Part shown: positions 1-10,900 of the stretch, piece after piece
Layout of the letters: the number at the start of each line of letters is the position of its first letter
How positions within the stretch are numbered: the stretch's first letter is position 1
Assembly: GCA_013239625.1 (NCBI GenBank)
Contig: MU055549.1
Span: forward strand, 496,001-560,000
Length of the DNA: 64,000 bases
DNA from: Lama guanicoe
Lineage: Eukaryota
Direction: 5' to 3'
Position numbers and translations under genes: made by a program
The notes under the pieces: model-generated
Seen by the model: only the letters and a program-made list of their open reading frames with translations
Told to the model about the DNA's origin: nothing
The model's database searches: none

Positions 1-1146
1 CTGGCCGACGGCCCTTCGGTTTCAAAGCCAGACAGAGCTCGGTCTGAGGGGCTGGGCGTCCCCAACCCCTCGCACAGGCCACTGCCTCACATTGGCAGCA
101 GCTGCCCCTCACGGGGACCACCCGCGTGGGGCCGTCTCGGGATCCCTGGTGAAAGTTTCCCAAACACCCAAGTCCCCCCGCCCCGGCCAGCGTCCAGGGC
201 AGCCTCTGGCCGAGGCGTGAGCCACCACGAGCCGTCGCTCTGGGGAAGCCCAGCCAGTGGCTCGCGCTCTTTGAGCTCAGGTGATGCCCTGGAGACGGTG
301 GCAGGTCAGACGGCTTTGAGCAGCTGGTGCCCAGGCTCAGGGCCACGCAGGCCCATGGGAGCCGGGCTCTTGCCAATGGCCGATTTGGATTCAGTCTTGG
401 TTCAGAAAGTGGCAGGGTAGAGCCAGCGGAACACTGACTGTGAGGACAGCCGCCCGGTGATGGGGGCAAGCACAACCTTGTCTCCAGGAGCCGAGATTGC
501 TCCTGGACGGGGAGTGAGACGGCCTCCTGCTGTGGCCCGGACAGACTGAGCCCCGGACAGACTGAGCCCCCAGGCTTTCCCGGGCTCGGGGCTCTGGGAG
601 GAGGTCTCCGGCTCCCGCCAGCCCCAGGTCCGTTCCTGCCACATCCACCTCGAACCCTCCTGGCCCGAGGAAGCAATGGGGACGGCTGGCTGGAGTGGGG
701 GCTCCTTTCCAAATCCGCCTGCCACTGGCCAAAAGGCCCAGGCTGCTTGGTCACCTTGAGACCAGCAGGTGAGGGTGACTTGGCTCCCTCTTAGGTCTCC
801 AAGACCCATGAATGAGCCGAAGCCAAGACCAGGGTGCTGACCCACCACAGAGCCGTCTCCATGCGCGCCCACCCACAGAGGGCGCAGGGGTCTCCCAGCG
901 GCAGCTCAGCACACAGGAGGGCACGCCCAGCATGCAGACAGACGCAGGCCTGCCTGCACTGCCCCTGCACCCCGTCCCTGGGCACCCACCCCAACACAGC
1001 GCCCCACCCCAACCCCTGCCACCTGGGCCATCGGGTCATCCTCGGGCCCCAAGTATCCTCGTGGCCAGTTTGCCGAGACCCCTGGAAGGAGGTCTAGGGC
1101 CGGGGGCTCTAGTAGCCGGAGGTGGCCAGGCACGTGTGCTCGGTAC

Positions 1147-1292
1147 CTGAGCAGGGGCTGCTTGGGGTACGGTGGCTGGTCTGTCCCCGGGCACAGGGGG
1201 GCCTTCTTGGTCACCTGCTTGTAGATGTTCCTGGCGGTGACTCCAATCCACAGCATGGTGGACAGCGTGGAGTAGTGCAGCACGATGCCCAC
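1147..1292 (-). CDS. ADGRA1: ADGRA1 (GPR123) internal coding exon, TM3-ICL2 ([49 protein letters not shown]); gene continues left of the window
   Basis: 146 bp exon with acceptor ctcttccccccag|GTG and donor CTCAG|gtaccg. Its phase-0 start matches the previous exon. The peptide is recognised as ADGRA1 TM3. Confidence 0.96.
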
Positions 1293-4200
1293 CTGGGGGG
1301 AAGAGGGCCAGTGAGCCCACCGCGGCACGCCTCCCCAGGTCCCAGCCGCCATGCTTCGCGTCCTTCGGGGACACCTCAATGGTGAGAGGGAGGGAGACTG
1401 GGAGGAGCCCCAGGGTTCTCGGGGCAGACGCCACCCTGCACAGGGGCCTACGGGCTCCTGGAGACATGTGGGTCCTGGAACAGGGCAGCCTCGCTGTCCT
1501 GCAGGGAGGTGGGGGCGGGGCCCGCGGGCCGTCCTGCGAGGTGAGCACACGCTCCCCGCTCACGGCCCCTGCACACGTATACACATCTGTCTCAGTGCCG
1601 GTGCCCAGCCCCGCGGTCTCCCAGACGCCCTGCAGGTGAGTGAGACGCCCTGGGGATCGGAGGCTGAGGTCCACTCCCTGCCGGGCGAGTGGCTCGTTAC
1701 TATGGAAACAGCCCAGCCGCCCATGGCCGGCGGCACTGCATTAGCTAGTTACACACTCCACACTCCTGCCTCCATCCGATCCTGAGGTTACCGTTGAAGT
1801 AACGACCTGCCACTTCAGAATGACAAGTAAAATCTGGCTGTAGATGGAAAGGATGTAAATGTTTAAGGAACACAGAGATTCTCTGAAGAAAGTAAGATTG
1901 CACCATTGTAATGATTTATCAAATCCAGAGTTCAATTTGGACCACAGGAAGGTCTGTAGTAACTGACGGGAGTGCTGTGGGGGGTGGGAGAGCCCCGGGG
2001 CCGCTGTACGGTCTCAGGTGGTTCCCCTTGTCCGGGAGGGTCCAGCCTTTCCCTCAGCCTGGCCTGGATCTCGTCACGCGGTCGTGTGTGCCTGGTGCCT
2101 TGAGGTCACCTTCTTGCCCCGGCCTGGCCGAGAGGAGGAGGCACTGGAACCGGGGGCTAGAACTCCCTGCACCCGAAAAGGAGAAAGAGGGACCGTGTGG
2201 GCCTGGCCCTCGACGGAAGCACAGTCTGACCTCCTTTCCAGGGACAGCAGAGTGGCTGCCGTCATGTGTGGATAGAAACAGAGTCGCATCCTCTGAAGGA
2301 GCCCCAGCCTCGGCCCGCAGCTGATCCGGCCCGGAAGGCGGGGGGAAGGGGCTGTGCCCTCGCCCGTTTGCTCGGAGCCTCATCAGGCTATGCAATTTGT
2401 GGATCATGAGAAGCTGTAAAGAGCAGACCTCTGTCTCCCCGACGCCACCTCGAGGCTGGACCATGGAGAGGTCGCTGGGTTACCTCCCCGGCTGCCTGGC
2501 CATCGCCTGGCCACCCAGCCCACGCTTCTGGCCCCAGGGCCAGGGCTGACGCACAGGCCTGGGTGGGGCCTCCGGGCCTCCGGGCCACCAGGCCGCCGTG
2601 TTCCTGACGTCACGTGGCTCTTCAGCACAGCTCACAGGCATCATTTTATCACCATAACAACCATCTATTCTCTGCAGCCACCAGAGCTCTGGACCACCTC
2701 TCCGACATCGCTTCCCTGCGATGCTGAGCAACACTTGGATGGGGAAGGTTGGCCGCAGGAGTCTATTCAGGCCTCAGGCGGTGGTGAGCTGTCACTTGTC
2801 ACGGCAGGGAAAGGGCTGGGGGGAAGGCTAACGGCTGCTGACGCAGAGCCACGTTTGCTGTAAGGAGCTGGCTTGCGTGCCTCTGCCTCTGGAGGCCGAG
2901 GAGCCCAGACTCTGCTGTCACCGAGCTGGAGGCCCAGGAGGCCGACGGTGTGGTTCCGGTCTGGGCCTGAGTCCAAAGGCAGGAGGCTGAGGTCTTTCTT
3001 CCTCAGGCTTTTGTTCCTCTCAGACCCTCGTGGTGGGAGGGGCCGCTGCTGGGCGCACGTGTGCCCTCCCCAGGCCACTGGATCGGATGCTCACCGCCTG
3101 CAGCCACACCCCCGCAGACCCGCCCAGGAAGCTGTTTGACCAAACGCCTGGGCACCCGTGTTTCATCAGCTCGACATGAGGTTAACTGTCAGGCCTCCCC
3201 TCTGGGTTCTAAGCTGTGCCTCCCAGGGGTCTCTCTTCTCCAGTGAGTGGTGGGTGGGCCCGGCCCACCCTCTGTGACATTAGCCGTGTCTGCAGTGGGC
3301 GGGCAGCAGGAAAGTTCACCGAGGGCTCCTGAGGTCCCTATGGCCGCTCTGCCCCCATCGCTCCTCCTGATGCGCCCGGTGGGTTACGTCTGGCCTGCGT
3401 GCCACCGGGACCACCCTGCCGGGATGCTGTTCTCCCTGCTCCGCACGGCCGGGGCCAACGCACGTCTGCGAGTGAGCGGGTGATGCCCTGCTTCCCTCAG
3501 GAGACGCAGTCGGAAAGCCAGGCCGCAGCGACACTGGGCCCGAGCCTGCTCCTCTGGTGGTCCTGAGGTTGTCACCCCGAGGGGACCGGGTGTGTCCCAC
3601 GCTAACAGGGCCCCTGCAGATCTCGCCTCTCCAGACCCCAGGCCTGCTCGGCCCCCGCCCATCACGCACTTCGGGGTCCACCCGGCCTCCAGGAGGACGC
3701 CTGGCCTCTGGGAGCCTCTGTCTGGCTGGCGGGCTGGAGGACAGCTCCCGGCTTTGGGGGAGGGGGGGGCTCCCAGGACCACAGGACTGGGAGGGGGACT
3801 GGGCCTGGCCGTACCGTCAGGATCCCAGGGCCCCTGCTGTAGAGTCCAGCACGCAGAGTGCAGACATGAAGGTGACCATGCATTTTGCTGCTTCCAGACG
3901 GCGCCGCGCCACAGCAGGCGCTCACAGAGGACAGCGAGCTGGTTTCCCGGGGCTCCCCCCATGGTGCTTCCACGCTGTCCAGAGGCTGACAGGAGCGTGT
4001 CTACCCCTCAGCATGGCGTTCAGATATGTGCTGGTGACTTTTCTGCAGGGCCCCGGGAGCGACTTCCCGATGGGATGTCAGCCCTAAGGTGGATTTGCAG
4101 GGAAGTGACGTCCCTTCTGTGTAGAGAAGCGGGGGAGGCTGGGGCAGCGGTGCTGTCTCCGGGCCTGGCTCCTGCTTGCAGGTGGAGGGTGTGTGGGCAG

Positions 4201-4576
4201 GAGCGCACACAGAGTCTTCCCCCAGGCACCCCCGGGGCACGTGCCTTTTGGCCACTGATTTCCAGGGTGAGTCGCCAGCCACTGCTGTCTGTGCAGGTGA
4301 ACAAGTCATCTCCTGGGGACAGATGGCCACCAAGGTCAGCCGGCACACGTGGGTGTCAGGTGACAGCCTGCAGCAGCCCCCACAGCTGTCAACAAACTCT
4401 TGTTGAATTTATAGCAACCAAGGCTGTAAGGGGAGTGTGTGACTTCCTAATGCAGGCAGCTGGGACACTCCCTCCAATTGCTTCAGGCAGATAGACACCC
4501 ACCAAGGCCTTGGTAAGATGCCCTGTGGTCCTTGGGCAGCCCCCACCAAGCCCCTGCCTGGGTGCTGCAGGTGTCT

Positions 4577-4943
4577 GTCCACCTGGAGGAGACTGTGCAC
4601 CTGGAGGGGATGGTCCACCTGGAGGTGACTGTCCACCTGGAGGGGATGGTCCACCTGGAGGTGACTGTCCACCTGGAGGGGATGGTCCATCTGGAGGAGA
4701 CGGTCCACCTGGAGGGGATGGTCCACCTGGAGGAGATGGTCCACCTGGAGGAGACGGTCCACCTGGAGGTGACTGTCCACCTGGAGGGGATGGTCCACCT
4801 GGAGGGATGGTCCACCTGGAGGGGATGGTCCACCTGGAGGGACAGTCCACCTGGAGGAGACTGTGCACCTGGAGGGGATGGTCCACCTGGAGGGGAACGT
4901 GCACCTGGAGGGAACTGTGCACCTGGGGGAGACAGTCCAGCTG
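4577..4943. repeat. Minisatellite/VNTR, 20 copies of an 18-bp unit (GTCCACCTGGAGGGGATG and variants) in an ADGRA1 intron
   Basis: Units counted directly: 18 of 18 bp and 2 of 17 bp, plus a trailing GTCCAGCTG. Confidence 0.95.
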
Positions 4944-5888
4944 TGGGAATATCCACTGGGCTGAGCCAAGTAAGCGGCTGGCAAGAGGCTGGAGAGAGGA
5001 GAGCCTGGGTCCCTCGGTGTCCAGCTGCAAAGGTGCGTCGGGCTGCCTGTCCTAGACTGGCAGCTGACAGAAGGGCCTCTTCTGAGCTCCATCAGGACCG
5101 AAGGGCAGTTCATACTCCCCCTCTTTTTAAAGAAAGTTCAGGCGAGGCTGAGGGGTGGGAAGAAGACCTTTCGTGGCTTGTCCTCTCCATGCCCGGAGCC
5201 AGAGCTCCCTTTTCACGCGAGTGGGAGCAGACCTCCCCAGAGCGAGCTCCGCCGCGGGCCGTGTGGGGCGGGCGCACGTGGCTGTCTGTGGCCTGGGGCC
5301 CCGTGACCTGCCAGTGACCGAGCCCCCTCCCTGACTGGGAGCTGCACTTCCGCGGGGTCTCTCCTTCTTAACCGGAGTAGAGCTGCTTTACGGCGTTGGG
5401 CCAGCGATTCAGTCACACACACACAGACTCCTTCCCGTTCTAAGTCGTCAAGGCTGCTGACTACAGCTCCCTGCGCTGTCCACGCGCACCCGTGGGTTCT
5501 TACCTGGACCGAGGGGGCAGGGGGCCCCGTCCCACGCTTCTGCCCCACAGCCTCAGCGGGAGAGGCGGGTCGTGTCCCTAGCTCTGGGTTGAGCTCCGTT
5601 TGTTGGGCAAGGAATGTCTAGTTAACATGTCACCTTACGCCTTGGAGAAAGCTGGTCCAGTTGAAAAATAAATCAAATGACATGATCGAACGCTGGGCCA
5701 AGCTGCAGACTCACACGGGGAGAAACTGCGATGCAGACCCTGGATGCGTAAACGCCCCTTCACGAGAAACACCTGAGCAACACTCAGCTGTCATCCCGCT
5801 AGCAGGGCACTTGCCACGCGCCTCCCCTTCGGTGGGAGAGCTGACGGCCCTGCAGGTCTGCAGGGAAATGAGGGCAGGCAGCACTCAC

Positions 5889-6012
5889 CGCCTGGCACAC
5901 GGTGGGGTGCTTGGTGCGGTTGATGCCGCCGGCGAACACTGAGAAGGTCAGAGCCGCGTGGAAGCAGAAGTTCAGGAGCGCGTGCCGGCCTTTCCGGCTG
6001 ATCCGGATAGCG
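5889..6012 (-). CDS. ADGRA1: ADGRA1 coding exon, ICL1-TM2-ECL1 ([42 protein letters not shown])
   Basis: 124 bp exon with acceptor ccccgcag|C and donor GCG|gtgagt. Phase 2 in and phase 0 out, consistent with both neighbouring exons. Confidence 0.96.
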
Positions 6013-6264
6013 CTGCGGGGACGGAGAGTTCGCGTCAGGACCTGGCATCTCGGGGCGCAGTGCAGGCGGGAGCCCGCTCGCCCGAGAGCCACGTCCCGTC
6101 GGTGGGGGAAGGGGCTGAGGAGCTCAGAGCCTGGCTGAGACGGGGCCGAGAGCGACACTCCGGAAAGACCAGACTGTGGGAAGGACAGACCCTGCTGGAT
6201 CCCCCTTGGTCGGTGGCCGTGGGGTGGCTTGGTGTTAAGTCCCCTGGGGAATCTGGAGCACCTG

Positions 6265-6330
6265 CCCGTGGGACAGGTGAGGACACTGAGGCCCTGAGAC
6301 CTTGGGACTTGTCCAAGGTCACAGACAGAG
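6265..6330. mobile_element. MIR SINE core fragment
   Basis: acaggtgaggacactgaggc...gacttgtccaaggtcaca resembles the MIR core. Confidence 0.6.
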
Positions 6331-7062
6331 AGGGGAGAGAGGAAAGCCACCAGCCACGCCTCCTGGTTCCTGGGACAGAGCTCTCTCCGCTCTGAGTGGA
6401 CATCTGACACCTGGTGGCTCGGACGCACTGGAACACCCCCCCACAGCCCAGCCTCTCCCTGGACTAGGATGTGCCTGTGGCGTGTCCATGTCCACGACCA
6501 CCCCGGACCCAGTGATAGCCAGACAGACTGCTTAGCCTCTGCCTGCTGCTGTCATCGCTACCCCAGCTCCTCTGTGGCCTCAGTCGCACCCAAGCCTCCT
6601 CCCCGACCCCAGCTGTGGACATGACTCTTATTGTGGACTTCACGCTGCTGGGGGCCAGCATCCCGCCTCACATTTCTCAGTGAATCTTCATGTGATGCCC
6701 TCTCCCCAGGCAGAGGTGGCCCGGGAACCAGCTCAGCAGGAAACCAGCTGGACTCTCCTCTGGACAAAGCAGAGGCAGAGCTGCCCGAAGGGCTCTGCCG
6801 GCTGCTCCAACTGCCCAGAGTGGGGCGGCCAGGGTGCCTGGCCAGTGGAGGGGGTGGACTGCAGCTGACTGACGAGAACGGGGAGGCTGGCGTGGAGGGC
6901 GTGGCTGTCCCTGAACCTTTGGCCACCCTCGGCCACTGCCAGGCTCGCGCCGGCCTGCCACCTGTGACATCCCTCCTGGGCACTTCTTGCTACGCGAGGG
7001 CAGGGGTCTCCCAGAGGGTCTGCACTGGAAGGCGGGCGTGCGTCCAGGGCAGGGCGCCTCAC

Positions 7063-7190
7063 CTGCGGTGAAGGACGTAGGTGGCGGCGGAGGCCAGCAG
7101 GCAGAGCAGCATGACGGCGGTGCAGGCGTACACCACGGGGTGCAGGAACTCCCCGGGGGCCTGGGGCAGGGAGAGGACGGCCCTCAGATC
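7063..7190 (-). CDS. ADGRA1: ADGRA1 coding exon, short N-terminus and TM1 ([43 protein letters not shown])
   Basis: 128 bp exon with acceptor tcctctccag|GAT and donor CGCAG|gtgagg. The LHPVVY motif is typical of the ADGRA family. 40 of 42 codons end in G/C. Confidence 0.96.
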
Positions 7191-7639
7191 CTGGAGAGGA
7201 CACAGAGCAGAGCGTGACCCACGTGGCCGGGTGCCTGGGCAGACCCACTGGGCTCTCCCTCGGCCCTGGGCTCTCCCTGCGTTGGTGGGAGGATTCTCGG
7301 ATCAGGTGGGGACTTGCTGGGTCTCAGCAGAGGCGGACAGTCTGTCTGGGCAGGGGAGGACGAACACTGCCCCGGTGGGTCTGCTTCGCTGCGAACGTCT
7401 TTGTGGGCTCTGACGGCAGCTCCCGAAGGACAGTGTTTCCGCTGTGCCCGGCAGCTGGCCTCTGGCCTCTGGCCTCCTTCCCACCCAGTGCCGCTGATGG
7501 AGCCTCGGGGCACCTGCGTCTGTCAGAGGCGCTCGCTCAGCTGAGGGCACGGCTGCCCCGGAGGCCTGGATGCGGCTGCAGAGGCAGCAGCTCACATCAG
7601 ACCACCCCAGGCCCCAGGTCTGAGCCTCACACCCACCGA

Positions 7640-7905
7640 CGCTCTGCTTTTAGGGACATGGCTCAGGTGGACGAGGTCACAGGACCAGCGTCCCTGTAAG
7701 AATAGGGACAGTGGGAGCTCAAACACGGAGGAAGGGCCGCGGGCCCACATGGTGGGAAGGAGCTGTCTGCACACCAAGGAACAAGACCTCAGGAGAAAGC
7801 GGCCTGCGTGCAGCTGTGCCTTGCACGTCCAGCTCCAGGACCGCAAGAAAGAAATTCCTGTGGTTTAAGCCACCTGCCGTGTGAGACTTTGTTACTGTCA
7901 CCCTT
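7640..7905 (+). mobile_element. MaLR (MLT1-type) solo LTR fragment
   Basis: ccagctccaggaccgcaagaaagaaattcctgtggtttaagccacc...gtgagactttgttac resembles the MLT1 3' end. Confidence 0.7.
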
Positions 7906-10900
7906 GGGGACAAATGCTCCCCACTGGGTGGGTGGTCTGGCTCTCGGTGCTCAGGCCAGAGGGTGAAGTCCTTGCTTGACCCCCAGCCCAGGCCCTGAAC
8001 CCCCCACTTTGCCCCCATGGCCCCTGGGGGATGTGCCTGGCTCTGGGAGGACAGGCTGGGGGCCGTGCCCACTGGTGAGGGCTGCCAGAACCCCGGTGAG
8101 GCCCCAGAGCTGCCCCCATGTTGACCATGGGGCGGGTGGTCAGGGCGGGGCCTGCCTCTGCACTGGCCCCGTCCCCAGGCCACGGCGGTGTCCAGTGCTG
8201 ACATGCCCACCCCGGGCCAAGGGCGGCTCCAGACGCACAAGCCCCAGGCAGTAGGCACAGCTGGTGGAGCCTCCAGACCGGGAATGGGGGATGGAGAGAT
8301 GGCCGGAGAGGCTGTGGCCCGTCCACGGCAGGAGGCAGAAAGCAAGCCTGTCTGAGCCCTCAAGCTGCTTTTCTCCTGAGGGACACCTGTCATTAGCCCA
8401 GCTGAGATGACACCTTGCCAGCCAGCAGGTGCGGGATGTGCTCAGAGGGAGCCGCCCACTACCCAGTGGGGCCTCGGCCCCGACTCGGCCCCGACGCAGG
8501 GACTTTGATGAGGACGGCTCTCTGTTGTCCTGGCAACGGCTGATGGAGTCCCATCACCTGGGAAAGGCCCTGAGTGACGTGGACGCCTGGGGGCTCCTCA
8601 GCGTCTGGCTGTGCAGGGGCCCGGCTGACACGCGAAGCAGGAACAGTGTCCAGTCCCAGAGTGAGCCGACGGCCAGGGAGGCGCTGGACAGCCACTCCAC
8701 AGACCTCACCACGGCCGCCCTTGTGCTTGGGGCCCGACTGCCCACGGGCTAGGAAGTCTGACTGGCAGGTGTGGACGTGCACAGACCATCAGTGATGCCC
8801 ACCCGGACACACGGGCTGTCAGTAGGACACATGCTGCTCACAGCCCAGATCCCAGGAAACCACGAGCTCAGGAGGAAAGGCAGCCTCAAGGTGACGGGGA
8901 TGCAGAGTGTCCCCAAGGGAGACCTGGAGGTTCTGCTGGCTCCAGCCGCCTGGGGAGGCATGGCCCTGGGGCAACGGGCCTGGCACGGCTTGCAAGGACG
9001 GTTTTTCCCAGCCTCACACAATGCCTGGTGGAGCCACTGCCTAGGGCGTGAAGGCCACGGGGCCCGGTCCCGCAAGCAGGAGCCTTCGCCTGGGGAGGGG
9101 GGCCCCCATGACGGGCAGAATGGCCCAGTGGAGAACAGGCATTTTGTAAGAAAGAGTGTGCAGGGCCGGAAACACAGGCTGCCCCTCATTTCTCAGGGAC
9201 GTTCAGCTCCCACTGGCGTCAGGGACACCGGGGCGTCCTGACCCCGGCACATTGCCATCAGGGTGGCAGGAAGGGGACCCGCGGCTGAGAGTCCCAGGGC
9301 ACTTTTGCACCCGTCAGGTCGAGGGCACCAGCCTCCTGTCAGATGCAACTCAAGGCGAACATCGCGGACACCGGGTCTCCTTGGTCAAGCCCTGACCGCA
9401 AGTGGCCTTTTCGCCTGTGGTTCGTCTGAGAGCCGTCGGCTGGGAGCAAGCGGGCCCAGGTCCCACAGGCGGCCACGTGTCCTGGGCCTGTGCCCGCTCT
9501 TTTCATGGAGACGATGGTTTGTTCCTCCCGTAACATCAGCTGGGTCTGAGACCCCCTGACTCTTCACAAAAGCCCACCTTGGCTTCCGGTTTCACGTCTG
9601 CACGCGAGAGCCGCTCCAGGACCGGCCGGTGCCCCGTCCTCTCACCGACCCTATCAGGACCATGTCCTCGGTGCCCCGAGGTGAAGGGCCCAGGTGTGTC
9701 CACCTTCTCGGGGTGTCGTCATTGTGGTGTGAACACTGGGGAGCTACCTCGCTGCCCCTAAAGACCGAGGTCAGACCCCTGACTCTTGTCTGGGGTGGGG
9801 GTAGGGGCAGCGGGCGGAGAGGGGTCGAGGAAAGCTAGCCCGCGCTTCCCAAGCAGCATCCCCGCAGGGACTGGACGGCCGGGGTCCCTGTGTCCGGGAG
9901 CCATCAGCACATCTGGCCCTGGGAGGGGTGTCCAGCAGCCGGACCGTGGTGGCGGGCTCACCTCCAGACGCGTCCTATCTGCCACTTCATTCACACGCAC
10001 AGACCCTCTGTCTTAAGCCAAACAAGGGTCAGAGCTGGTTTTCCTGCAGCAGGAACGCACCCTGGAGCTTCAGTGCAGGACCAGTGTTCGCACAGCCCGA
10101 GGTCTCCCCACCTCCGGGGCTCCTGCCTTCCGGTCGAGGCCCCGGTTTTGGGGCCTCACCCAGGTGAAGGGGTCCCTGGCCCCGAGTGACTGCATCCACC
10201 ATGTATGTTTTAGAAGAAACAGATTCAATTCCATTTAGCCTCCTGGTTTTTTTTTCTTTCTCTAAATTAGAGTTATCAACAGTGCTTTCTACATTTTTAG
10301 AGGTGACATTTAAAATTCAAAGTAGGTAATGCAAAACGGAGATACGTTTTATATTTTAAAGTTCACACATGTACAAGTTCCTCTTGGAAGAATCCACCCT
10401 GCAGGTGTTCCGTGGGCAAAGTCCCTGTAATGGTCCAGCACATGGTCAAACAGCATTGAGCTGACTGCCTTCTCTGGACACGACCTTCGGGGGCTGCGGG
10501 GCCGTCAGGGCTCCTGGGACCAGTGACAGGGACGGAGTGTGCAGAGGGGTCCACAGAACCCACAGACAAGCTGGGGGCGAAGGCCACCGCCAGCCTCCTT
10601 GGCGGATGGCCGCACGCCAGCTGCCGGAGCCGCAGTCCTGCCCCCGGCTGTGGGGCTGGAGCCCACGGGTCCCGTCACTTCTGCGCCCGCAGGATGGCCG
10701 GCGGGGCTGCTGTCTCCTCTGAGAAGCCCTGGCCCCGCTGTCCGTGGAGCCTGCAGGCGGGAGCGACCCACCCAGGGCAGCAGCCCCCAGGCTGGTCTGT
10801 TCCCATTTCCCCTTTTCTGTCACGTGTTATTACGATTTTCCCCAGATGTGTCCTTGCTGGTAGGCACTGCAAATCAGCTAAACCAGGATGTCAAGAAAGC

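Noticed and set aside
1249-1269. RE1-like CACAGCATGGTGGACAGCG inside a coding exon
   Set aside because: The left half-site is broken and the sequence is explained by coding constraint.
4389-5317. Collagen-like or repeat-protein ORFs (PPGGDG, VHLEGM, SRWT), and a superficial CRISPR-like look
   Set aside because: These are translation artefacts of an 18-bp tandem repeat. There are no unique spacers and the context is a eukaryotic intron.
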